Positions 51,001-61,569 of a stretch of 64,000 bases of DNA are shown here, piece after piece (the first letter of the stretch is position 1; every line of letters begins with the position of its first letter). Below the pieces are notes generated by a model, which saw only the letters and a list, made by a program, of their open reading frames with translations, did no database searches and had not been told where the DNA came from. Both the position numbers and the translations under genes were made by a program. Origin of the DNA: Callorhinchus milii (lineage: Eukaryota); the NCBI RefSeq assembly GCF_018977255.1, contig NW_024704743.1, positions 124,001 to 188,000 of the forward strand. The letters run 5' to 3'.

Positions 51001-54000
51001 GTGCAAGTTCTTCTTGTTACTCCTCACCTCCTTGCCCTCCACCCCTGTTAATCCCAACCCCCAGCTCGGGTGAGAACCCTTAACTGTCCAGGACCTTGTG
51101 ACGTTCCCCCGTCCCCCCCCCCCCCCGACGTGAAAAGCGCTTTGTAGACGTAATTTGTTACTGTTGTCGATGACCGTTTTGTTGCCCACAAAATGTACAG
51201 TCACTCCACTTTACGCTGTGTTCTGTGAGACATCTCAAGGACGAGATAAGGCGCGATATCAAGTGTATAACAATAAGAGAATGGGACAAGTGTTTGAACG
51301 AGGCTCGGACCCCCATCGCAATCCACACATTTACGGTTCTGCATTGGTGATTGGGTTGGAATGGTTCTCAGCAGCGCCACCTGCAATCACATCGCAGAAC
51401 TTGCAGCACCTCAGCCTCTGAGTCGCAACATCCAACAGGTTGCATTTTTATATTAACAATAATTATAGTAATTTGGTCACTCAGTCCACGGCTGTTTGTG
51501 GGGACGCTGCTGTACGCAATCGGCCGCCGCGTTTCTCCCGCAGAAGTACAATCGATTCACTTCACAGTGTCACTCCACGGACATCCCGACGACGTGATAA
51601 GGCGCTGTATCAAATGCAAGGATTGTTATTATTTAAAGATAATATTATTATTGTTCAATGATAATATTATTTAACGATAATATCATTTAATGACAATATT
51701 ATTATTTAACGATAATATTATTTAATGACAATATTATTATTTAATGACAATATTATTATTTAGTGAAAGTATTATTATTTAGTGAAAGTATTAATATTAT
51801 TTAGTGACAACATTATTATTATTTGGCGACTGTTTGTCTCTTCCCCCCCCGGCTCCCGATCGTAGGTTCCCGAGAGACAGCTGTGGTTACTGTGAGCGTG
51901 AGGAGAGCTGGGATCACCTGGGCCTGGAGGGTTCGGACGTTGAGAACGGTGCGGACGAGGTGTTCGAGCGGAGACCGGGGCCTGCGCTGTTCACTGACCA
52001 GCCCGACCTCTCCGCCCTGATAGACACCAACTTCTCGGAGCAGGTCGGGTCGGGAGGCGGCTCCGACAGGCCCGTCGGCGGCTACGACTTTGGCAGAACG
52101 TGTCGGAAGGTGTACGAGGACCACAGGGCCCTGAGCGCCCAGACGGCCCGGGCCTTCCCCTCCCCTGCCTTGAGGTGCTCGCAGACGTCGGTCAACCTGC
52201 AGGCCCAGAACCGGGACGGGGGCTGCAACCAGCGGCGGAGGAGCCTGGGCGACGAGCCCCTTCCCGTCTTCGAGAAGGCCCCGCAGCCGCCTCCCTGGGG
52301 CGGGGATTGCGAGAGCGCGGTCTGGAGTCTCGGAATCCAAGGCAACCTGATTGTGGCAGGAAGAAGCACAGGGCGTCTCGAGGTCCGAGCCTCGTCCGTC
52401 GTACCGACCCGTCCGCTCAGCGGGGCTCCGGTCCGCTCCACCTGCCCGCGCCCCCCGGACTTCCATCCTGAAGCCCCTTCACTTCACCTCACCTCGTCCC
52501 CTCCCTCGCCTCCTTCCAGTCCCATCTCAAGACCTTCTTCCTCGACTGCGCCTTCGGGCCAACACACCTAAACCCCACCCACCCTTCCGCGGGCGGACGT
52601 CCCCAAGGCGCTGGACAGTCAGGGATTTGGAACCCGAGCTGGGGGTTGGGACCCGGAGGGGTTACAGGGCAGGGAGGGTGGGGGATAGAAGGGTGACCAA
52701 AGGTACGGGCAAAGAGGAGGGTCTTGAAACGAGCCTTGGAGGCGAGGGAGGAGGCCAAGGGAGGGGACTGTGGGATGGAGTTCCAAACGGTGTGGGGCAG
52801 AGAGGGTGAAGGCCTGACCACCGATTGTGGGGTGGGCCGGGCGGGCGGGGGGGGGGGGGGGGGTGGCCGGAGCCGGTTGGGCGCAGGGAGCGGACAGGTT
52901 GATATGATAACGCGGTGCCTCTGGCGTGTAAACCGTTTCTGCCCTGATTGTTCCAGGTTTGGGATGCGATCGAGGGGACTTTACGCTGCAGTAATGACGA
53001 GGGTTCGTCTGGGGTCACAGCGCTGGCGTTTGTCTCAAGCAGGTAACGGGCAACGAGGGACGTTTCGTCACAAGCAGCGGCTCGGACCGGGGTTGTGCAG
53101 AGTGGTCCTGTTTCCCTACCGTATCATTCTGCTTCGACCCGTATTATTAAACGTCCACTAAACTCAATCCTCCGCAGGATTGTGGACCGTTGTCTCAACA
53201 ACAACAACTTGCATTTTCGAACCCTTCCACGCCCTGGAACCTCCCTCCTTCCCTCTCCGACCTGCTCACCCTCCCACTCCACCACCCGCCGCCTCCGTTC
53301 GGCTGGCTCCGGCCTCCTGTTTGTCCCTCATTCCCCCCCCCCCCCCCGGCCCCTCCACTCCAACACCAGTAACCGCGCTTTCAGCCAGTACCCCCCCACC
53401 CCCCCCCGAAACCTGGAACTCTCCCCCACCCCCAATCCCTCCGCCTTGCCCCCTCCCTCCGCACCTTCAAATCCCACCCAAAGACCTTCCTTTTTGATCG
53501 TGTTTACGGTCACCTTCCACCCCTCCCTCCCTCCCTCCCTCTCGCCCCTGGCTCGGGGTCAGACTCATTCACTGTCGAAGGCTCCGGGACCCTACCCCAC
53601 GTGACGGGCGCAGGTTGTCGCGGTTGTATCGCGGATGAAGTTGCCGTTGCCGAGTGTGAGGAGTCCCAGTGACCGTCTTCTTTGTTAGGATCGTCGCGGC
53701 CAGACTGAGCGGAACCCTAGACTTCTACTGTCTGGACACCAATAAATCCTTCAACCAACTGCAGTACCGAGGTAGGCTCTGTCTGCCTTCGCTTCTCTGG
53801 CCATCTTGATCCAATTTCCTTCAAATCCAATCGCACTCCACCACTGGCTGCGCAGAAGCCCTTTCCCAACGATGCGATAAAACGCCACACAAATGCAAGG
53901 ATTATTATTATTATTATTAGCGTTTTCGCCCACAAAGCACACACTTTGCAGTGTATCCTGTGAAGCGCTTGAGGCGTCTCGGTGACCTGATAAGGGGTTG

Positions 54001-56820
54001 TGTCAAATTATTATTATTATTATTTACGATCAATGTGTTTACAGGGACTCCGCCAGGCAGAGGCAGCATTCCCTCGTCCCCGGTGTTTGGCAGTGAGGAC
54101 CTGCTGCTGTGCCGGCTAACACACACGATAGCCTGCGCCCACCAGAAGCCCATCACCGTGCTGAAGGCAGCCGCCGGGAGAGTGGTGACAGGCAGCCAGG
54201 ACCACACACTCCGGGTCGGTCCACCTTCGCCGCTCGGTCAGCTACCGTCAAACCGCAGCTCAGAGAGATCGCTAGCTTGTGTGTGTGAGAGACGCTGTGT
54301 GTGTGTGTGTGTGTGCGCACGTGTTGTGTGTGAGAGAGAGACCTCTGAGACGCAACTCGCACACATTTTTGTCTGCAAATACAGTCAACTGCTCGATGAT
54401 GGAGAGAGAGCACCTGCTAGAGGGGTTTAAGATGAGGTGGACGTTGATGAGGTCGCGTGGCTTAGTGGTCAGAGTGCTCGCCTCGCAAGCGAAAGGACCT
54501 GGGTTCGATTTCCCGGCGGGGCAAAACCTTAGGAAAGTTTCCTTACTTGATGCAAACATAAGGGAGAAGGTAATAGAGGGGTGTGGGAGACGGAGATGGA
54601 AAGGTGTGGGAGAGGGGGATAGAGGGGTGTGGGAGAGGGAATAAAGGGGTGTGGGAGAGAGGAGAAGAGGGGAACAGTCACTACACCTGATGTTCCCTGT
54701 GAAGCGCTTTGAGAAGTGGGAGGAGTGTACAGGGCCAGTGGCGTCTGGCTGTGAGGGGGAGGTAATCACTAACCCTCTGGTTTGCTTCGCTCAGTGCTGT
54801 TGGGACGGGATGGAGAGTGTCGCTGACTTTGCTCGCTCTCCCTCTGCAGGTTTACCGGCTGGAGGACTCGTGTTGTCTCTACACGTTACAGGGACATTCA
54901 GGGGGGATCACAGCGATCTACATAGACCAGGTACATGGCTGGCTCAGCACTGCCAAGTCAGAAAGAGGCCATTCGGCCCATTAGCCTCTCCGCCCCCATC
55001 CTCTGGATCTCCACCCCGGAGCCCCTCCACCTCGCCCCTCCCTTGCCTCCTTCAAGGCCCGTCTCAAGAAGACCCTCCTCTTCGACCGTGCCTTTGGTCA
55101 CCCTCCTACCCCCACGCTTCCTGCCCTCCAACCCTCCTGATCCCAAACCCCCAGCTCGGACGCAAACCCCTCATTGTCCAGCGCCTTGGGACGTCCTCCC
55201 AATGTGAAAGGTGCTGTGCAAACGTCATTTGTTGTTGTTGTGTTGCCCCACTCCCCCATCACCATTGTTTCTGCCTTTACAAGCTGTCCACAAGATATTT
55301 AGTCAACTTCCCACTTCCAGCAGTTACCCCCAACGCACCCGAGCCCGATACTCTCTGGAATTTGCTAAGCCTCCAGAGAGAGGGAGGGAGTGCGCACTCC
55401 GTACTTGCCTCCAGACACAGGGATATTTCCGCCCGTGTGAATGTGGAACTCTGTCCGGTTTGAAGACTCGGTTCAGTCGTGTTATACAGATTCCAGCTCT
55501 TGTCGCTGTGCAATATGGTGGAGTCCTGGAGCTCAGTGGTGAGAGCACTCGCTCTCGCAAGCGAGAGGATCTGGGTTCGATTCCCGGCCGGGCAGGGCGA
55601 AACGTTGGGCAGGTTTCCGCACTCCTGTCTACCCGGCAGTCAGTAGAACCCGGTTGTTAGTCAATTGGCGGATCGCTTTCCACGAGGGTAATAATCCCTC
55701 CCAAAAAAATTGGGTCACTCAATCCACGGCTGTTTGTGGGGACACCGCTGTGCGCAATTGGCTGCCGCGTTCCGCCCACAAAATATACAGTCACTGCACT
55801 TTACAATATGTTCTGTGAAGAGCTTCGAGACTCTTTGCAACATGTCAATACCGTGCTTGAAAGATCTCAGCTGTATCACTGTAAGCTGTGTGCTCTGGTG
55901 AGAGGTGTTGAGTAACGCATTGCCCTCTCTCCCCCTCAACCCCCCCCCCCCCAACCCCCCCCCATGTAGACCATGGCGCTGGCCAGCGGCGGGCAGGACG
56001 GAGCCCTGTGTCTGTGGGATGTATTGACGGGAAGCCGGGTCAGCCACATGCACGGACATCGGGGGGACGTAATCGCGCTGGTCTGTACCTCCAGCTGTGT
56101 GCTGAGCGGGGGGCTCGACGATATCATCTGCATCTGGGATCGTTATACAGCCATCAAGCTCTACTCCATCCAGCAGGTACCTCCCTCCCTCCCTCCCTCC
56201 CTCCCTCCCCAACCTCTCTGTCAGCTCACAGTGTAGTGCTGACACTGACCCTGCAGTCCCCGCTGGGAAAGCGCTGCCTCGTCCCAGCATCTGTCATAAA
56301 AGGGGGATAGAGGGCTGTAGGAGAGGGGGATTAAGCGGAGTGGGTGAGGGGGTGGAGTGGGGAGCAGCAATGCAGACTGGTTGGGTAGATTTCTGACTAA
56401 CATTGTGTGTTTCTACCTTTCTCTCTACCCCCTCCCTCCCCAACACACACGCACTCACACTCTTAAACACTCACACACATTCTCACGTATACTCTCTCTC
56501 GCGCAAACTCTCTCACACACCCACACACAAACGCCCTCCCTCTCACACACACACACACACTCACGCACACGCAGGACCTGGGTTGTGGTGCCAGCCTGGG
56601 TGTAATCTCTGACCACCTGTTGGTGACGGGCGGGCAGGGCTGTGTCAGCCTGTGGGACGTTGGCTATGGAGACCTGCTGCAGACCGTGTACCTGGGCAAG
56701 AACAACGAGGCTCAGCTGGTGCGGCAGCTGCTGGTGTTAGACAATGCGGCCATCATCTGCGACTTCGGGAGCGAACTCAGCCTCGTCTACTTCCCCTCCG
56801 TGCTGGAGAAACTGGACTGA
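31224..56820 (+). CDS. SCAP: SREBP cleavage-activating protein, complete CDS in 22 coding exons (3948 nt, 1315 aa)
   Basis: All exons are phase-compatible; [10 protein letters not shown] start, sterol-sensing domain, MELADL motif, WD40 repeats, PSVLEKLD* end. Confidence 0.98.
33125..33470 (-). mobile_element. CR1-clade LINE 3' fragment
   Basis: Reverse complement of the 1898 copy; GESRTRG remnant. Confidence 0.8.
33956..34350 (+). mobile_element. tRNA-derived SINE, full length
   Basis: Matches the in-window consensus. Confidence 0.87.
36979..37108 (+). CDS. SCAP: SCAP coding exon 2
   Basis: [24 protein letters not shown]...PDW; GT-AG bounded. Confidence 0.96.
37150..37497 (+). mobile_element. 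tRNA-derived SINE
   Basis: Matches the in-window consensus. Confidence 0.85.
38018..38175 (+). CDS. SCAP: SCAP coding exon 3
   Basis: [15 protein letters not shown]...[15 protein letters not shown]. Confidence 0.96.
38433..38653 (+). CDS. SCAP: SCAP coding exon 4
   Basis: [16 protein letters not shown]...[15 protein letters not shown]. Confidence 0.95.
39282..39387 (+). CDS. SCAP: SCAP coding exon 5
   Basis: [24 protein letters not shown]. Confidence 0.96.
39620..39945 (+). mobile_element. Older Deu-type SINE with a different body (related pieces near 3275-3350, 20115-20260, 42780-43010, 43345-43440)
   Basis: Body GCTGTCCCTTCGGATCAAATGTTAAACC...GTGTCCTGGCCAAC followed by the same Deu-like core and tail; resembles recalled shark SacSINE1. 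Confidence 0.6.
40004..40176 (+). CDS. SCAP: SCAP coding exon 6
   Basis: FLNSLRSRL...[31 protein letters not shown]. Confidence 0.96.
40653..40779 (+). CDS. SCAP: SCAP coding exon 7 (sterol-sensing domain)
   Basis: [41 protein letters not shown]. Confidence 0.97.
40820..41240 (+). repeat. Unassigned interspersed repeat family X (longest copy)
   Basis: Homologous segments at about 6030, 10950, 20310, 28400(-), 55314, 60155 and 60780(-). Confidence 0.8.
41900..42063. repeat. (TG)n microsatellite, partly degenerate
   Basis: Seen directly. Confidence 0.92.
42094..42206 (+). CDS. SCAP: SCAP coding exon 8 (sterol-sensing domain)
   Basis: [37 protein letters not shown]. Confidence 0.97.
42341..42697 (+). 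mobile_element. tRNA-derived SINE
   Basis: Matches the in-window consensus. Confidence 0.85.
43010..43330 (-). mobile_element. SINE, short subfamily with L2-type tail loop
   Basis: Near-identical inverted match to 11588-11908. Confidence 0.9.
43888..43982 (+). CDS. SCAP: SCAP coding exon 9 (sterol-sensing domain)
   Basis: [31 protein letters not shown]. Confidence 0.97.
44240..44550 (+). mobile_element. CR1-clade LINE 3' fragment
   Basis: [17 protein letters not shown]...GESRTRGHHLK remnant and tail. Confidence 0.82.
44977..45350 (+). mobile_element. tRNA-derived SINE, full length
   Basis: Matches the in-window consensus. Confidence 0.88.
46332..46430 (+). CDS. SCAP: SCAP coding exon 10 (sterol-sensing domain)
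   Basis: [33 protein letters not shown]. Confidence 0.97.
47137..47379 (+). CDS. SCAP: SCAP coding exon 11 (loop 6; completes ME|LADL)
   Basis: [12 protein letters not shown]...[27 protein letters not shown]. Confidence 0.96.
47487..47850 (+). mobile_element. tRNA-derived SINE
   Basis: Matches the in-window consensus. Confidence 0.85.
47927..48372 (+). CDS. SCAP: SCAP coding exon 12 (TM7, loop 7)
   Basis: [22 protein letters not shown]...[22 protein letters not shown]; acceptor is an unusual GAG. Confidence 0.9.
48592..48798 (+). CDS. SCAP: SCAP coding exon 13
   Basis: [10 protein letters not shown]...RHPQD...DITLY. Confidence 0.95.
48940..49290 (-). mobile_element. tRNA-derived SINE
   Basis: Matches the in-window consensus. 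Confidence 0.85.
49377..49578 (+). CDS. SCAP: SCAP coding exon 14 (TM8)
   Basis: [13 protein letters not shown]...[17 protein letters not shown]...LKGHLM. Confidence 0.96.
50491..50606 (+). CDS. SCAP: SCAP coding exon 15 (WD40)
   Basis: [36 protein letters not shown]. Confidence 0.97.
50730..51165 (+). mobile_element. Two tandem L2 3' fragments
   Basis: [11 protein letters not shown] remnant; both tail types present. Confidence 0.75.
51628..51825. repeat. AT-rich minisatellite, 17-20 bp unit, about 10 copies
   Basis: ATTTAATGACAATATT(ATT) and variants. Confidence 0.9.
51866..52382 (+). CDS. SCAP: SCAP coding exon 16
   Basis: EESW...[17 protein letters not shown]...GYDF...[21 protein letters not shown]. 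Confidence 0.93.
52460..52910. mobile_element. Oppositely oriented L2 3' fragments
   Basis: + piece near 52460-52590 and - piece near 52595-52910. Confidence 0.7.
52957..53042 (+). CDS. SCAP: SCAP coding exon 17
   Basis: [28 protein letters not shown]. Confidence 0.95.
53689..53771 (+). CDS. SCAP: SCAP coding exon 18
   Basis: [27 protein letters not shown]. Confidence 0.95.
54045..54214 (+). CDS. SCAP: SCAP coding exon 19
   Basis: [13 protein letters not shown]...[27 protein letters not shown]. Confidence 0.96.
54560..54672. repeat. Purine-rich tandem repeat, about 22 bp unit
   Basis: GGGGTGTGGGAGA-like motif repeated about 4 times. Confidence 0.75.
54850..54930 (+). CDS. SCAP: SCAP coding exon 20
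   Basis: [27 protein letters not shown]. Confidence 0.96.
54980..55243 (+). mobile_element. L2 3' fragment
   Basis: 3'UTR plus cagcgccttgggacgtcctcccaatgtgaaagg...(TTG)n. Confidence 0.85.
55520..55835 (+). mobile_element. tRNA-derived SINE
   Basis: Matches the in-window consensus. Confidence 0.87.
55970..56176 (+). CDS. SCAP: SCAP coding exon 21
   Basis: [26 protein letters not shown]...IKLYSIQQ. Confidence 0.96.
56575..56820 (+). CDS. SCAP: SCAP terminal coding exon
   Basis: [25 protein letters not shown]...[11 protein letters not shown]. Confidence 0.96.
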   Translation, partial: DLGCGASLGVISDHLLVTGGQGCVSLWDVGYGDLLQTVYLGKNNEAQLVRQLLVLDNAAIICDFGSELSLVYFPSVLEKLD

Positions 56821-58640
56821 GGGAAGAGAGCGCGAGAGAGAGAGAGAGAGAGAGAGTGAGACAGCAAGCAGCGCTGGGGGTGGGGGGCTGTGGGTGGGCT
56901 CACTGCACCCCGGCTCACAGCTTCCCCCCCCGCCCCACCCTCCGGGACACTACTCTGCGGGGAGGGGGTTGGGGGGGTGGGCTATGTAAATGCAAGTTGT
57001 TGTTGTCACAGAGCGCAGGACAGTCAGGGATTTGGACCCAAGCTGGAGGATGGGATCAGGAGAGGAGGGGGGGAGCCGGGAGGGCGGTGACCAAAGGCGC
57101 GGTCGAAAAGGAGGGTCTTGCAATGAGGATTTCCAGGACCGCCCCCCGCCCCCCGCCCCCCGGTCAGAGTGCGTGACTCTCAAGGATTTGGAAACGGTTA
57201 TTTTTTAAGTGTTAATATTAATTTTTTGCTAAATACGATGAATTTCGGTAAACTTGGCTCTGGAGGAGGAGAAACAATAATAGTGTGAGCGAGAGGGAGG
57301 GAGGGAGGGAGGGAGGGACGGAGCCCCTGCAATGTACAGAACGGGTATATATATATCTGCACTGAGTCTCACAGTGAAGCGAGCATGCATTGTGAGCGTT
57401 GCTTTTTAATACTGAGTCAATGCAATGTACGGTTGACGCACCACAGCTACAGGCGATCCCTCCGCTCTGTCGGGGCGATTAAACAATCCGTGCATTCGAT
57501 ATCGCGTCGTCGAGATGTCTCGAAAGCCTTGTTGGCCGGCGCGCTCGACTCTCAAGCCAGAGGACCCGGGTTCATGCCCGGCCGGCCAGGCGGGGCGAAA
57601 CCTCAGGCGGGGTTCCTCGCTCCGCGCGCCCCTGTTTACCCCGTTGTTAGTCGATTTGACGCCACAACGTGATAAGGCGCTACATCAAATGCATTGATTA
57701 TTGCAACCCGCTTCACCGTACACCGTTTTAAGGGGTTTGGCTGCGTATTTTGTAGGCAGTCGGTTTGCGCACAGCAAGTGCGTCCCACAAACAGCCGGGG
57801 ATTGAGTGACCAAAATTATTATTGTTTTTGTTTCGAAGGGATTATTACCTCCGGCAAAGCGATCAAAATTAATTCAATTGTGAATTAAACTCTTAGTTTA
57901 CAGAGCCTGGCGATTGGCTGCGAGAGTTGGGTAAGGAAGTGGGCTGCTATTTAGGGAATGACTCCGCTCACCCCCACACACACACACACACACATACGCC
58001 ACCAACCCCCCATGTGGTTAATTTAAGGGGGTATTTTGCTGCCTAGAAAGTGCCCTCTCGCTCTCACTCTCTCTCCCAGTCAGTGTCGATGGGAAACGAG
58101 ACCAATAGTAAACTAATGATCCTTTGCATTTGATTCAGCTTCTTATCACGTCTTCGAGACGTCTCAAAGCACTTCACAGGATACACTGTAAAGTGTAGTG
58201 ACTGTGTATTTTGTGGGCGAAACTTGGCTGCCAATTGGCGCACAGCAGCGTCTCACGGACAAGTCGTGGACTTGAGCGACCAATTTATTATTATTTTATT
58301 CTATTTATTTGGGGGAGGGGCGTAGAGGGAGAGGGAGGGTTGGGTAAAATAAGGGCTCTTTCTAAACTTTGGTTTGACTGCGGGAGAAATGAAGCTTTTG
58401 TCTGTTTTGCGGTGATGACCGTGTACATATTTATATAAAAAATTTTTTAGAGCGAATTGTTTTAAATTATCCCCTCACGAGTGGGGCCTCGGGCTCCGGG
58501 TGTAAATACTCTTGAGCAACATCCAGGCCGGGCGGTACCTTTTCCTCCTTCTGTCATAGGCACTGTACAGTGTGTTCATATGTAGAAGTCTGTACTATAT
58601 TTTTTAATATTTTACCACAGGAAACTTTGTACTAATTGCA

Positions 58641-58646
58641 AATAAA
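58641..58646 (+). terminator. Candidate SCAP poly(A) signal AATAAA
   Basis: AATAAA with upstream TGTA motifs and a downstream GT-rich element (gagtgggtttgttctg). Confidence 0.65.
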
Positions 58647-60344
58647 GCTTTGATACCTGTTGAACGAGTGGGTTTGTTCTGCGCCGGGACCTTACGCCGC
58701 CGCGCGAGGGGCGCAAACCAAATGCAAGTTGTGGTCAGAAAGGGTTATGTTACGAGGACAGGTTACATGCACACGGTCTCCTTCCCCTCGAGTTGAGGAG
58801 GTTTGAGGGGTGACCCGATTGAGGTGTTTGAAATGATAAACGGGTTCGATACGGAGAAAACATTTCCTCCGGTGGCGGATTTCCGAGCTCCGAGATCCAG
58901 TCACGTCGTCAAGAGCGAAGGGGATAGATGTTTATTGGGGTATTAAGGGATACGGGGTAAGGGCGGGTAATTGGGAGTTGAGGTTCAGATCAGCCACAAT
59001 CTTATAGAATGGCGGGACCGGCTCGAGGGGTTTCTTCCCCAACAGCTTAGAACATCCTCGCGTGACGTTTGCTCTGTACGTGCGTTTGCTGTTGAGTTCA
59101 GCGCGCGCCGTTTGTGGACAACGTAAGCAACGGAGACGCGTCGGATCTTTTTCAATGGTTTATTTTGTACATCGAGGCAGCGTAAAAATAACCAGGACAG
59201 TGGGAGCTCTACCCAACCCTCTCGGTCCAACTCGTGCGGGACGGAGCAGAAGGAACTCCGTGCGGCGGTTATAAGAAAAACGAGACAAAGAGCTATGTAT
59301 AGAAGTATTTTAATTTACAGTGGAATCAGTTGGTTTTAGTGTGATCAGACTTTATCGTATACACATGCAAGCGTTCGGTGACTGCATTGTTAACAATGTT
59401 CCTCTTCGGCTCTCACATCTCGGGCTGCGATTGTGGCAACCGCTGAACTCTGGACAAATTGGGAAGTGGGGGGTTAAGGAGAGGGGGACTTAAGAGAAGG
59501 CCATTTGATCTTTAGTGCAATGGATGAATTATAATTGAGCATCGACAGAAGAGGATAAACGTTACCGCGATAACAATAATCTGCGTTAGTCGTTACGCCC
59601 ACAACCCATTCTGTATTTTACTGTAGTGACTGTCAGGGCAACACTGGCAAAGCAGCAATCTGTTCGGGAGAGAAGTTAATAATAATCCTTATAATTTAAT
59701 ATAGCGCCTTATCACACCGCCGACACGTCTCAAAGCGCTTCGCTGTAAAGTGAAGACTAATAATAATTTGGTCACTCAATCCACTACTGGGACACTGCGG
59801 TGCGCAATTGGCTGCCGTGTTTCGCCCACAAAATACAGTCGATTCACTTTACAGTACGTTCTGTGAAGCGCTTTGAGACGGCTCGAAGACGTGATGAGGC
59901 GTTGTTAGATTATTATTATTATTATTAGATTTGGTGGTCAAAGAGTTGTCAGGTCGATGTTGATGGCCACTTGAACAAATAAGTTGGCTTCACTATTTTA
60001 CTCTCGCGAACCCCCCCCCCACCACCCACCCCCCCCAATCCATTTAAACGCATACAATAAGCCTCTTTTGCGTTCCAGAATACATTGTACCCCACCACGA
60101 CGCTTCCAGAAATCTTTCCAACCACAAAAAAACTCCCCATTGAGAGCACTGTCTGAACAAGCAGCGGGAAAGCCTGGCCCAGACAGCGCTCTCAACGGCA
60201 GGTTGTCAGCTGGTTAGACTCCAGCAGTTACCCCCAACACATACTCTGGGGTCCCCCCAAGCCTTGGCTCTCGCCAACCTGCGCCTAATACTCTCCGGAA
60301 TTAGGTAAGAAGGGGGGGGGGGGGGGGGGGGGTGTCCCTCCAGG

Positions 60345-60378
<34 letters not shown>

Positions 60379-60564
60379 CATTCCAACCATCTATCTCTGG
60401 GATTTCCACGTGGAGGTGGGAGGTGGGGAATTCTCGGCTGAGGTTTGGAGACACTTAAGCGACGGTGACGGGTTTCCCCGGGCGTCAGACCACCAAAATA
60501 CACGGGGAAAGGATTTTAATGAAGGCGGAAGTTTGAACCTAAAGTGATCTGTGTCTTGACGTTG

Positions 60565-60570
60565 TTTATT
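60565..60570 (-). terminator. Candidate PTPN23 poly(A) signal (alternative at 59159-59164)
   Basis: TTTATT on + (AATAAA on -) about 1 kb after the PTPN23 stop, at the end of an AU-rich UTR-like stretch. Confidence 0.5.
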
Positions 60571-61065
60571 TCAAATTCTGACATTTAAAAAAAAAAGGAA
60601 AAATAATATCACATCTAAAGATGAAATAATTCCGCGGTTTAATGGTTAGTTATAAATATAGTGTATTCTGCTTTAGCTTCTGTTCCAGTTACTAATATGT
60701 TCACAGTCTTATACAGATACAAGAAACGCTATCTCTATATGTGTGTGTGTGCTGCGTATCTTGTACTGTGCCTGTACTGCTGTCCGGCCAAGCTTTCCCG
60801 CTGCTTGTCCAGGTGGACCCCCCCCTCCCCGTTAGTTAGTTAGTTAGTTAGTTAGGGCTTTGGCTGCAGAGTTACCGGGAGCTGAGGGGGAGGATTCCCT
60901 GCCCCCAGTGACTGGTCGGCCCTTCCAGGTCCTGCCGATGGATGAGCCGGGCCGGTCCGGGCCGCCGTGAGCGCCCAGGAATACTGCGGCCCCTCCTGGC
61001 TCAGGAGCCGGACTGGAGAGGGCTGACTCGCTGACTCCGAAAATCCACTTCGAAGAGATGACGCA

Positions 61066-61097
<32 letters not shown>

Positions 61098-61569
61098 GCT
61101 GTTCCCCCACATGACCATCAGAGAGGGAAAACCTCAGTGCTCCCAGAGATTGAATCACGTCAAATGGGGTGGTGAGGGGAGGGGGAATGGGGGAAAGGGT
61201 GTGGAGACATTAAGACGATCAGAAGGCATTCCCGCAGCGAGGAAATTGAGCCACTCCACTCCCCTACCGTTACATCCAAATCTTTAGCACAGCCAAGCAC
61301 AGAAAACTACAACAATCCTCGCATTTGTTACAGCGCCTCACCACGTCTTTCGAGACGACTCAAAGCGCTTCACAGGATATAAAGTGCAGAGACTGTGTAT
61401 GTTATGGGCCAAACGCGGGCGGCCAATTGCGCCCAGCGACGTCCCCACAAACAGCCGCGGGTTGAGTGACCAAGTTATTGGCTCGACTGCGTAACTGGGC
61501 GAAGCTTCGCTGCTTTGTAAAGACCCCCCCACCCGCCCCCCCACCACCACCACCACCAGCAGCAGCTGG

